A DNA stretch of 64,000 nt, from positions 15,797-79,796 of the forward strand of contig JBAVVD010000095.1 in assembly GCA_049697115.1 (NCBI GenBank). The letters run 5' to 3'. Below, in pieces: positions 19,658 through 28,492 of the stretch. How positions within the stretch are numbered: position 1 is the first letter of the stretch; each line of letters starts with the position of its first letter. The notes under the pieces were generated by a model. That model did not search any database, had not been told where the DNA came from, and worked only from the letters and a program-made list of their open reading frames with translations. This stretch comes from Candidatus Aminicenantales bacterium. Its GTDB lineage: Bacteria; Acidobacteriota; Aminicenantia; Aminicenantales; UBA4085. The position numbers were made by a program, and so were the translations under genes.

Positions 19658-20395
19658 GTGCATCCTGTTTTTACTTATAGCGGCGATCCCCACGAAAAAG
19701 TGGACCTCGCTTTCATCGCCGAGGGCTACGCGGCCGAGGATAAAGATAAGTTCAAAACCGACACGGACCGGTTCGCGGGATATCTCTTCGGTATCGAACC
19801 CTATAAAAGCGCCCGGGACAAGTTCAACGTCTATGGCGTATTACGTCCGTCCCCGGAACGGGCGATGGACGAGCCGCGCCAGGGCGTTTACAAGAAAACC
19901 GTCCTCAATGCCTCGTTCAACGCTTTCGACCTCGACCGTTATATGCTCATTGAGAAAGACCACCGGCTGCACGAGATCACAGCCCGGGTGCCGTACGACG
20001 CCATCATCGTCCTCGTCAACAGCAAGCGCTACGGAGGAGGGAGCATTGGCTTCGATTACTGCGTGACCACGGTCGACCATGCCTCAAGCCGACGGGTCTT
20101 CGTTCACGAGCTCGGCCATTCCTTCGCCGGTTTGGCCGATGAGTACTATGCCTCGGAGGTCGCCTACAACGATTTCTATCCCAAGGGGGAACACCCATTC
20201 AATCCCATGAAGGAATTTGAGAGTCACGAACCGGGGAATAAAAAAGATGATCCAATCGGCTTTGAAGCCGCTATTAGAGGCTTATTCAGGGGCTTCGATG
20301 GTCTAGAAAGATTGAGTAAATTTGATAGATATCCAAATCTGACGGTATATCCATTAGCCGTTTTTCGCGATATTTATCCAAAAGGAAAGGTCTAA
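19658..20395 (+). CDS. Zinc metallopeptidase, M64 (IgA-peptidase-like) family catalytic domain; signal peptide lies in another frame upstream (see findings)
   Basis: KVDLAFIAEGY…VHELGHSFAGLADEY (HExxH) plus downstream Glu/Tyr context typical of Peptidase_M64. Confidence 0.75.
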   Translation: MHPVFTYSGDPHEKVDLAFIAEGYAAEDKDKFKTDTDRFAGYLFGIEPYKSARDKFNVYGVLRPSPERAMDEPRQGVYKKTVLNASFNAFDLDRYMLIEKDHRLHEITARVPYDAIIVLVNSKRYGGGSIGFDYCVTTVDHASSRRVFVHELGHSFAGLADEYYASEVAYNDFYPKGEHPFNPMKEFESHEPGNKKDDPIGFEAAIRGLFRGFDGLERLSKFDRYPNLTVYPLAVFRDIYPKGKV

Positions 20396-20502
20396 CAACA
20401 GCATCAACCTGACGCGGATTAGCCGCATCAGGTTTTTTGGCATCGGTGATTGCTCGCGCAGGTTATGCAAATCGTTAGAAGGCTGAAAGAGAAGTCTCAG
20501 TT

Positions 20503-21168
20503 ATGGACCAAAACATCGAACATACAGAGTTAATAAATAAACGCAAATGGGACTTAAGAGCAGCCACATTCAGCCAAAAGCGCTTTGATTACTTTCGCTG
20601 GATGCAGAAGAGGGCCATACGACTCATCGACTTAAGACCCGGCATCCATTTCCTCGACATTGGTTGCGGTACGGGGTGGGCTGTGCGTTACGTTGCCAGC
20701 CTTCTGCGGTATGAGGGTGAGTTCTACGGCATCGATATTTCCAAAGCCATGATTGAAATAGCTCGGGTTCAATCTCATAACTTTAGGAACGTGCATTTTT
20801 ATGGGGCTAATGCCGAGCAGCTTCCTCTCGATAGCGAATATGTTGACTGCGCCATTTGCACCAATTCTTTTCATCACTATTTGAATCCATCTAAAGCCTT
20901 GGCCGAGATTCACCGCGTCCTGGCAGCAGACAGCCGCATACATATCATGGATTTGACCACTGATGATTTTCTCATGAGATTCATTGACGACCTGTTCAGA
21001 AAGAAAGAGCGCGAACACGTTAAGTTCTATGGCAGTAAGGGATACCAGGATATGTTTGAGGCGGCACAGCTAAAATACCTAGGCAGTAAATTGCTTGTGT
21101 ACCCCATTAAAGTCCACATAGCAAAGAAACAATCGCCAACGTTGGTTCAACCTCAGCCGAGATATTAG
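20503..21168 (+). CDS. Class I SAM-dependent methyltransferase
   Basis: FLDIGCGTGW motif I and overall Methyltransf_11/25-like layout. Confidence 0.75.
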   Translation: MDQNIEHTELINKRKWDLRAATFSQKRFDYFRWMQKRAIRLIDLRPGIHFLDIGCGTGWAVRYVASLLRYEGEFYGIDISKAMIEIARVQSHNFRNVHFYGANAEQLPLDSEYVDCAICTNSFHHYLNPSKALAEIHRVLAADSRIHIMDLTTDDFLMRFIDDLFRKKEREHVKFYGSKGYQDMFEAAQLKYLGSKLLVYPIKVHIAKKQSPTLVQPQPRY

Positions 21169-21390
21169 GCTCGTCTACACCCTCAGAAGTGACAATGATG
21201 CCGAAAACGCTCTTTCGAGGGTGCCGCCGACTGGCTTCGTCTCGATGCGCTCGGCTCGCCTGCAGGTGAACCGCACTGTTCACCGAGAGAGAAAACTCAA
21301 AGCTATTTGATTATTCAGGTGAAATATATTTGATTTTGGCCAAATGTTCCATTAGTATTAAAATTCCTTTTTCATGGCCTGAAAAAAAAC

Positions 21391-22572
21391 GTGAGGAGGA
21401 ATTCCATGGAAAAGTTCATTTTTCTCGATAATGCCGCCACTTCCTTTCCAAAACCAGAAGAAGTCTATACATATATGGATCAATTTTATCGAAAATATGG
21501 AGTCAATCCGGGACGATCCGGATACGATATGTGCCTGGAAGTCGGAGAAATGGTGGAAGACACCCGGAAGATGCTGACGCGATTCTTTAACGGGAATGAT
21601 CCCAACCGGCTTTGTTTCTCTTACAATTCGACGGACGCCCTGAATCTCATCATTTTTGGAGTTCTCCAGCCCGGAGACCACGCCATCACAACCACTCTGG
21701 ATCATAATTCTGTCCTGAGACCTCTTTACCATTTGGAGAAATTCAACGGCGTGGAAGTCGACCACATCCCTTTCAACGGCCAGGGATTTGTCGATCCGGA
21801 CGACTTCCCCAAAAAATTCAAAAAAAACACAAAGCTTGTCATTATCAACCACGCTTCCAACGTAGTCGGCACGGTTCAACCCATCAAAGAAATCGGCCGG
21901 TACTGTCGGGAGCGAGGAATTATTTTTGCGATCGATGCCTCTCAATCATCAGGAAAAATTCCGATTGACATCGAAGAAGATTATATCGACATCCTGGCGT
22001 TCACCGGTCACAAATCCCTTCTTGGCCCTACGGGAATTGGAGGCCTTTATGTGAGAGAAGGCATTGAAATCAGGCATACTCGAGCCGGAGGCACAGGTGT
22101 CCGCTCCGCGGTCCGGACTCATCTTGAGGAGTATCCTTACCGGCTCGAATACGGAACGCTGAATGTCCTGGGTGTGGCGGGGCTTCATGCCGGCTTGAAA
22201 TGGATAGAAAACAAGGGTCTCACTGAAATCCATGCCTTGGAGATGAAGCTCCATATGCGGCTCGTCAGCGGGCTGAAAGAGATTGAGAATGTGACACTCT
22301 ACTGTCAGGAAGACCTCCGTGACCATATCAGCGTGATGTGCTTCAATATCAATTGATTAGAAGCCCGCGATACGGGCACTCTGCTCGATGTGGATTACTC
22401 TATTGCCAGTCGGACCGGCCTCCACTGCGCCCCTCTCATTCATGAGCAACTGGGGACGGATAAAATTCACGGCACCGTCAGATTTGGAGTGGGGCCGTTC
22501 AATACGGAAGAAGACATTTTCTCGGCCATCCAGGCTGTCAGGGAAATTGCCACTCTCAAATCGAAAAGTTAA
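21391..22572 (+). CDS. Class-V aminotransferase (cysteine desulfurase/SufS-CsdA-like), interrupted by an in-frame TGA at 22354-22356
   Basis: LDNAATSFPKP…, PLP region LAFTGHKSLLGPTGIGGLYV. The C-terminal SRTGLHCAPL…RFGVGPFNTEEDI continues in the same frame after the TGA (track ORF 22390-22572). A GAGGAGG RBS precedes the internal ATG near 21405. Confidence 0.7.
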
Positions 22573-22591
22573 GTTAATCCTCGCTATTGAC

Positions 22592-22912
22592 CTAGACACA
22601 CCCATCCGGTTTGGGAAGCCCGGCGACTTTACAAGCTCCTTTGGCCGGGCCTGAAGGGAAAAGGTTATAGATATATTTCAAGGCAAAGCCCGTTGTCTGA
22701 CAGATTTTTCTGACAATTGGCGCGAGGTCCTTTTCCAGATAATAATTTCTGATGTAATGGATAACGGCCCAATGGTCTTCAGTGAGCTGGTCGATACTCT
22801 CTTCCAGCCGTGCCAGGACCTCCGCGACATCTTTATTCCATTCTTCCGGACGGACTAAAAATCCCTCTGCGTTAATCTCAATCTTTTTATCTTTGACATC
22901 AATCTCCGGCAT
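22592..22912 (-). CDS. dsrC: DsrC/TusE-family sulfur-relay protein (two-cysteine DsrC type)
   Basis: 106 aa ending …LFPSGPAKGACKVAGLPKPDGCV. Conserved penultimate Cys plus a second Cys 10 residues upstream, the DsrC arrangement. TusE has Thr at the upstream position. Confidence 0.75.
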   Translation of the reverse strand: MPEIDVKDKKIEINAEGFLVRPEEWNKDVAEVLARLEESIDQLTEDHWAVIHYIRNYYLEKDLAPIVRKICQTTGFALKYIYNLFPSGPAKGACKVAGLPKPDGCV

Positions 22913-23096
22913 AGTTTTTCCTCTCTATGATGCAACTATAAGTTTTAACTTATATCACAGTGGGCGCTCCAAGGGCCAGTTATTTTCAGATTCCGTAAGC
23001 CAACTCATTAAAAATATAAGATCATTCGGCCAGGGGAATGTAGTGAAGAAGGTCGTAGGAAGGCGGAACATAAGCATCACTCAATAGGTGACCTTA

Positions 23097-23160
23097 GAGT
23101 TCCTGTGTATTCTCAACCAAATCCACCCGTCCCCCTGGGTTTTCGAACACACAGGAACTC
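23097..23160. repeat. Perfect 12-bp inverted repeat GAGTTCCTGTGT…(40 nt)…ACACAGGAACTC in the divergent intergenic region
   Basis: Read directly. Lies between dsrC (-) and the 23266 gene (+), upstream of a TGnTATAAT extended -10-like element near 23225-23236. Confidence 0.5.
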
Positions 23161-23265
23161 TCCAGGTCCCAAATGAATTTCTATCTGGTCTCTCCCATGA
23201 AGCATTAATGTCATTCCGGTAAAAATGTTATAATGCGGAGAGATTAAAAGTGGAGGTTTTTTCTG

Positions 23266-24015
23266 ATGAAAAAAATATGGACCTGGCGGCTATCAATGTT
23301 TCTGATCCTCATCTCCGCTTCCTTTCTTGTCTATACCCTTCACTATTCCATCTTCCATGACCTGCATCACATTTTTATCTATCTCATCGGTGATATCGGA
23401 TTTCTCTTTCTGGATGTCCTTCTGGTTATTCTGCTGATTGAACGCGTCCTGGCCCAGAGAGAAAAACGGGCGATCATGAAAAAGCTGAATATGGTGATCG
23501 GCACTTTCTTCAGCGAAGTGGGGCTGGAGTTCTTGAAGAAAATCTCTGAGTTCGTGCACAACTCGGAAAACCTCGCTCGAAGCCTCTCCATCAGCCCTCA
23601 CTGGGACAAAAGAGACTTTCAAAAAGCCATGCAGGCGGCCCAAAATTTCTCCTACGAGATTCGCGTCTCTCCACCCGAACTGCTCGCCCTTCGCCAGTTC
23701 CTCCATGAGCAAAGGCCTTTTTTGCTCCGCCTCTTGGAAAATCCGAATTTGCTCGAACACGACCGCTTCACGGACCTGCTCTGGGCCGTGTTCCATTTGG
23801 CCGAGGAACTGGACTTTCGCGGCGATCAACTGGAACACCTTCCCGAAAGCGATTCCCAGCATCTGGCCGGAGATCTCAAGCGGGCTTATTCTCAAATCAC
23901 AAGCGAATGGCTGGCCTACACAATGCACCTTAAACAGAGCTATCCCTTCCTGTTTTCACTGGCCGCCCGGATTAATCCTTTCAATCTCAGGCCATCTCCG
24001 ATTATCCAGTCCTGA
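23266..24015 (+). CDS. Hypothetical membrane-anchored protein
   Basis: Two N-terminal hydrophobic helices, remainder soluble. GGAGG RBS 8 nt upstream. No recognisable family motif. Confidence 0.35.
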   Translation: MKKIWTWRLSMFLILISASFLVYTLHYSIFHDLHHIFIYLIGDIGFLFLDVLLVILLIERVLAQREKRAIMKKLNMVIGTFFSEVGLEFLKKISEFVHNSENLARSLSISPHWDKRDFQKAMQAAQNFSYEIRVSPPELLALRQFLHEQRPFLLRLLENPNLLEHDRFTDLLWAVFHLAEELDFRGDQLEHLPESDSQHLAGDLKRAYSQITSEWLAYTMHLKQSYPFLFSLAARINPFNLRPSPIIQS

Positions 24016-24277
24016 AAAGCCGGAACTCTTATGCGGTGCGGAGGCCGCCACATCCGGCGTTCCAACAGGGCCGGTTGTCGGAGGATATTTTTTATCTTCC
24101 GACTCCGCTTCCCGCGCAGAAGTTCAATTTGCGGACAAAAAAGATCCATCCAAATCCGTGATATCTGAAGGGCTAGGAGTATGTGGCGAAGAAGGCCTTG
24201 CAAAAAAGATCATTTGGCAGATGGGGATGTCTCAATTATAATAGATTTTCTAATAAGATTCTTTAAAGGAGGACGCC

Positions 24278-25354
24278 TTGGTTATACGCCATCTCAAACA
24301 TCTTGTTCTTGGCCTTTTCTCTTTAGCTCTGGCTTCTTCTCTGACGGCCCGACAGGCCCAGGCGCCGGCGGCGCTCTCTCTCAAGGAACTTATAGAGAAA
24401 AACATCCAGTTTTCCGGAGGTAGGGAAAAGATTGCCCAAATCCAGAATTTCTCATTCCGAACAGGACCGGCGGCTTATACCTGCACTCCCAGAGGCCAGT
24501 TGAAGATTGTTATCGGCAGAGAACCCGTAATCACAGAAGTGATCCTAGTCAATCCGGATCAAGTGCAGCGCAACTACTTTCATGAAACGAGCGAGATCTT
24601 AGGTCTTCAGGGCGCCATCTTACAGGCCCAGGCCAGGCTTTACAGTGGACTTTTCACCCTTCTGCAATTTGAAAATGATTTGCAATATTCAGGTTTGAAA
24701 ACATTTGGCCCGGAGAAATTCCATCACCTGGAGACAAAAATCGGAGAACTCAATATCGGTTTCTATCTCCTTCCGGATAACTTTGCTCTCAAAAGAGCCG
24801 TTTTCCAGAGCGTATCCTCTGAAGGAAACAAACTGGAGATAAACTGTGACTTTGGCCCTTTTGAAGAAATCGAGGGCTTTAAAATGCCGCTCTCCTGGTT
24901 CAGCTCTCAGGTTGGAACGCGCGGTATCCTCTATGAGGTGACAGGCTTGAAATTCAATCAACCGCTGGAAGAGGATTTTTTTACTAAACTCGAAGTCCAG
25001 GTGGGCGAAGTGGAAACCGGCCCCGGCCTATTGAAAGGAAATGTCCTGGCTTTCAATACCCAGCGGAACATCCTGTCTATCTCAACAAACTGGAGAAAAA
25101 GTGATGCAGAAAGAGCCGGCCTGAAAACCCATGACGCATTGGTCCTCAGTATCGAGGGTACGGAGACAGAGCTTGTCTTCTACGCCTCACCCAATGAACT
25201 CCCGTCACAGAGCGAAATGGCCGGAGGCGCTCAAATGATGTATTTCAACCCGCGCGGCTTGGAGACCTACGTCATTACTTTCTTTGCGACGGATTTCTCT
25301 CCAATATCCGAAAAACTCAAATCCCTGGGGCCTATTCAAGTAAAGAAAAAATAA
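24278..25354 (+). CDS. Hypothetical secreted protein
   Basis: Signal peptide (…LALASSLTARQAQA). No recognisable catalytic motif. Confidence 0.4.
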   Translation: MVIRHLKHLVLGLFSLALASSLTARQAQAPAALSLKELIEKNIQFSGGREKIAQIQNFSFRTGPAAYTCTPRGQLKIVIGREPVITEVILVNPDQVQRNYFHETSEILGLQGAILQAQARLYSGLFTLLQFENDLQYSGLKTFGPEKFHHLETKIGELNIGFYLLPDNFALKRAVFQSVSSEGNKLEINCDFGPFEEIEGFKMPLSWFSSQVGTRGILYEVTGLKFNQPLEEDFFTKLEVQVGEVETGPGLLKGNVLAFNTQRNILSISTNWRKSDAERAGLKTHDALVLSIEGTETELVFYASPNELPSQSEMAGGAQMMYFNPRGLETYVITFFATDFSPISEKLKSLGPIQVKKK

Positions 25355-25368
25355 AAAAGGAGAAACAC

Positions 25369-26556
25369 ATGTCTCGATTAAATAGAAGAAACTTTATCGC
25401 CGCCTTCACATCCGGTGTTGTCGGACTGGGGCTGCCTAAAAGTATCAAAGCAGAGACAACAAAACTCGCTTCTCTCCAGAACCAGACCTCAACTCCCAGG
25501 ATCCGGAAGTTCAATCTCCTCGGAACAACCGGCCTGAAGATCTCTGATGTGAGCTGCGGCGCTATATCCCTTTTTGAGCCCAATGTCCTGAGGTATGCCT
25601 ATGAGTGCGGAGTAAACTATTTTGACACGGCCGAGGGCTATCTCCGGATGAAGGGCGAAGTTTACGTCAGCCAGGGATTGAAAGAGGTCAGAGACAAGGT
25701 CATCATCACCACCAAACATCCTTATGACTTCGACCAAAAAATTGATAAGGCCTCCATCCTCCGCCGGGTGGAAGCCAGTCTCAAGCGCCTCCAGACCGAT
25801 ACTGTTGATATCGCCATGGTCCATAACATCTCCGACCTTTCTCCCCTCCTCCAGAGTGAGGAAATGCTTTCCGCCTACGCACAGCTCAAACAGGAAGGCA
25901 AAATTCGCTTCACTGGATTCTCCACCCACAACCCCAAGCTCACGCTCAGGCAGGCCCTGGAAACAGACTTTGCCCAGGTCATCCTGTTTATTTACAGCCA
26001 TATGGAAGGCAGGGAAATCGAGCCACTGATCAAGGCCGTCCGGCAAAAAGGAATCGGCACTGTGGCCATGAAAATTTTTGCCGGAGGCATGCAGGACAAT
26101 CTCAAGGCTTTTATCAGCCCGGAAGTCAGCTATTCCCAGGCGGCCATTCGGTGGGTGATGACGAATCCGGATGTGGACTGCTGCATTCCCACCATGAGTA
26201 GCTATTCCCATGTGGAGGAGTATGTGGCGGCCTCAGGTCAATCGCTGAAAAGAGCGGATTTAAATGCTATTGCCAGCTATAGGAAACAGGCCGGACCTCT
26301 CTACTGCCGCGTGAGCTGCCAGAAATGCCTGCCCGCCTGCCCGCATCAGGTCGCCATCAATGAAGTCCTCCGCTATGCCATGTACTTTGAAAACTACAAG
26401 ATGGAAAAGGATGCCGTCAGCCACTATGCGGATCTCGACAACAGCCGGAAACCCTTGATCTGCTCTTCCTGTTCCGGCTACTGCGAGAGCTCCTGCCCTT
26501 ACGGGCTTAAAATCAAGCAGCGGCTCATCCATTCCCACGAGATTCTCACGGGATAA
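25369..26556 (+). CDS. Tat-exported aldo/keto reductase with C-terminal Fe-S (ferredoxin-like) cysteine cluster
   Basis: Twin-arginine motif RRNFIAA, an AKR core (…GVNYFDTAEGY…), and a C-terminal tail CRVSCQKCLPACP…CSSCSGYCESSCPYG. Confidence 0.7.
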   Translation: MSRLNRRNFIAAFTSGVVGLGLPKSIKAETTKLASLQNQTSTPRIRKFNLLGTTGLKISDVSCGAISLFEPNVLRYAYECGVNYFDTAEGYLRMKGEVYVSQGLKEVRDKVIITTKHPYDFDQKIDKASILRRVEASLKRLQTDTVDIAMVHNISDLSPLLQSEEMLSAYAQLKQEGKIRFTGFSTHNPKLTLRQALETDFAQVILFIYSHMEGREIEPLIKAVRQKGIGTVAMKIFAGGMQDNLKAFISPEVSYSQAAIRWVMTNPDVDCCIPTMSSYSHVEEYVAASGQSLKRADLNAIASYRKQAGPLYCRVSCQKCLPACPHQVAINEVLRYAMYFENYKMEKDAVSHYADLDNSRKPLICSSCSGYCESSCPYGLKIKQRLIHSHEILTG

Positions 26557-26600
26557 ACGGCCGATGAATGGGTGGGATAGATTCTCGAGCTGGAGAAATA

Positions 26601-27338
26601 ATGGTTAAAATGACTTTTCCTTTTTGGCTCATAACCATCGGGCTTACTCTTCTGGGAGCCCGTCTCCAGGCCTTTGAGGAAGACATCATTTCAACCAGCC
26701 AAGGCGACCTGAGAATAACGCTCATCGGTCACGCAACGGTGATGTTCACATTCGGAGGTAAGACTATTTATGTGGACCCCATTTCAAGTCTGGCCGACTA
26801 TTCTCAATTCCCCAAGGCCAACCTCATCCTTATCACTCATGACCACGGAGACCATCTGGATCCGAAAGCCATCCAGACTCTGCGCATGCCGGAATCAAGC
26901 CTCATCTACTCAGAGAAATGCGCTGAAAAAGTCCCGAATGGAATCATCATGAAAAACGGCGATAAAAAGACCCTTCAGGGTATTGTTATAGAAGCCGTGC
27001 CCGCCTACAACATCGTCCACATGAGAAGCGAGCGCGTCCCTTACCATCTCAGGGGACTGGGGAATGGATATGTCCTCACTTTCGCTGATAAAAGAGTCTA
27101 TGTGGCCGGCGACACGGAAAACATCCCTGAGATGAAAGAGATCAAGAATATTGATGTGGCTTTTCTTCCGATGAACCTCCCTTATACCATGTCGCCGGAA
27201 ATGGCGGCGGATGCAGCCAGGATGATCCGGCCAAAGGTCCTCTACCCTTATCACTATGGCAACACAAACACCTCCACGCTGGTGGAGTTGCTCAAGGACA
27301 CAAAAGAAATCGAGGTTCGGATCCGGAAAAGGAAATAA
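26601..27338 (+). CDS. Secreted MBL-fold metallo-hydrolase
   Basis: Signal peptide, HxHxDH motif ILITHDHGDHLD. Start taken at ATG 26601 with a GGAG RBS (track ORF begins at 26568). Confidence 0.7.
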   Translation: MVKMTFPFWLITIGLTLLGARLQAFEEDIISTSQGDLRITLIGHATVMFTFGGKTIYVDPISSLADYSQFPKANLILITHDHGDHLDPKAIQTLRMPESSLIYSEKCAEKVPNGIIMKNGDKKTLQGIVIEAVPAYNIVHMRSERVPYHLRGLGNGYVLTFADKRVYVAGDTENIPEMKEIKNIDVAFLPMNLPYTMSPEMAADAARMIRPKVLYPYHYGNTNTSTLVELLKDTKEIEVRIRKRK

Positions 27339-27416
27339 TTTTTCGAAATCCCAGAGATCTCGCTCTGTTTGCTTTTTACAAATTTCTTTGGTATATATTT
27401 CATTTCCAAATTAAAG

Positions 27417-27962
27417 ATGTCGAACTCAGTCAAAAAAACCATTTCGTGCCGCCATAAATGGGAAATTGTGAACATGCGCAGCGGATATCTGGTGATTGAG
27501 GGATGTTTCCACTGCCGGAACCGAATTTCTTTCTTTTCGGAAGAGCCGGTTCCTCCCATTGATGATTATCAAGAAGGGGAGCATTTTTGGAGCTACCTGA
27601 GCAGTTATCAGGCATCCAAGTTCGACCTTAAATGCAAAAAATGTGCGAAAGACGTCCGCCTCCCTGACGTTATGGCCATTATGTTGTGTCAAAGTTGTAA
27701 TCCCGAGTGCGGCGTTTTCCAATTGGGCGCGCAGCCGCAGAATCAGAAGGCATGGATCTATGTGGCTCTCTGCGCGAATTCCTCTCATGCATCCGGACAC
27801 TGTATCTCGACAGAAGGGATTCATGCCTTGAACGAATATTTCAATTACGGTCTGCGAGATCCTTTAAAGAAAATCATCGTTGCCCCCTGCCGGCTGCGCA
27901 AATCCGTCGATACATGTCATGGAATTATTCTCGCGGATGTCGGATTGACAGAGTTATATTGA
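27417..27962 (+). CDS. Cysteine-rich hypothetical protein (two zinc-ribbon-like CxxC pairs)
   Basis: CRHKW…CFHCRN and CKKCAK…CQSCNPEC. No family assignment. Confidence 0.35.
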   Translation: MSNSVKKTISCRHKWEIVNMRSGYLVIEGCFHCRNRISFFSEEPVPPIDDYQEGEHFWSYLSSYQASKFDLKCKKCAKDVRLPDVMAIMLCQSCNPECGVFQLGAQPQNQKAWIYVALCANSSHASGHCISTEGIHALNEYFNYGLRDPLKKIIVAPCRLRKSVDTCHGIILADVGLTELY

Positions 27963-28092
27963 AGAAAAGCCCATTGATGTGCTGTTCAGCCGCCGTTATG
28001 GCTGATCGATGATATATAGTGCGGATGATCATTGGAAGCCGAATGCATCATAGGATCTTTAGGATTATTATTCCAAAAAAGGAAAGGACATC

Positions 28093-28419
28093 ATGAAAAT
28101 CTCCGAACTTGTCGAAAAGGCCGGCCTCAAGGCATTTAACGAATCCAGCGATAAGGACATCCTTGGAGTTTACATCTCCGATATGGTGAGTGACATCATC
28201 AACATCACGGAAGGAAATCTGCTGGTGACCTTGCAGATGCACAAGAATATCATTGCGGCGGCAAATCTTGTCGATGTCGCGGCCATCGTATTTTGCCGGA
28301 GCAAGACGCCGCCAGACGATGTGGTCGCGCTCGCCAATAAAGCCGGTATCGAGTTACTGGGATTCGACGGAGACACCTGGACGCTGGCGAAGAAGCTTTA
28401 TGAGCTCGGATTAAGGTAG
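28093..28419 (+). CDS. Small DRTGG-domain-like protein (accessory protein typical of hydrogenase/NuoEF-type operons)
   Basis: 108 aa. The pattern …GNLLVTLQMHKNIIAAANLVDVAAIVFCRSKTPPDDVVALANKAGIELLGF resembles DRTGG-domain proteins. A paralogue sits at 33449-33793. Confidence 0.4.
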   Translation: MKISELVEKAGLKAFNESSDKDILGVYISDMVSDIINITEGNLLVTLQMHKNIIAAANLVDVAAIVFCRSKTPPDDVVALANKAGIELLGFDGDTWTLAKKLYELGLR

Positions 28420-28492
28420 CGATTTGCTCTTCCATTCCTGTCCATCTCTACAGAGAGGGCAGGAAAATTCTAGGAATTATCAAGGTTAAACC

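Noticed and set aside
19626-20066. Frame-0 ORF 19626-20066 (146 aa) as an independent gene
   Set aside because: Beyond the first about 25 codons (signal peptide) it is a low-complexity Arg/Ser/Thr-rich shadow of the M64 peptidase frame.
22354-22356. Selenocysteine or TGA=Gly (code 25) reading of the in-frame TGA in the desulfurase-like gene
   Set aside because: TGA terminates other clear genes here (e.g. wzc at 4252-4254). The genome is GC-rich, unlike SR1/Gracilibacteria. The position aligns to a structural Gly, not an active-site residue. The downstream hairpin lacks SECIS features.
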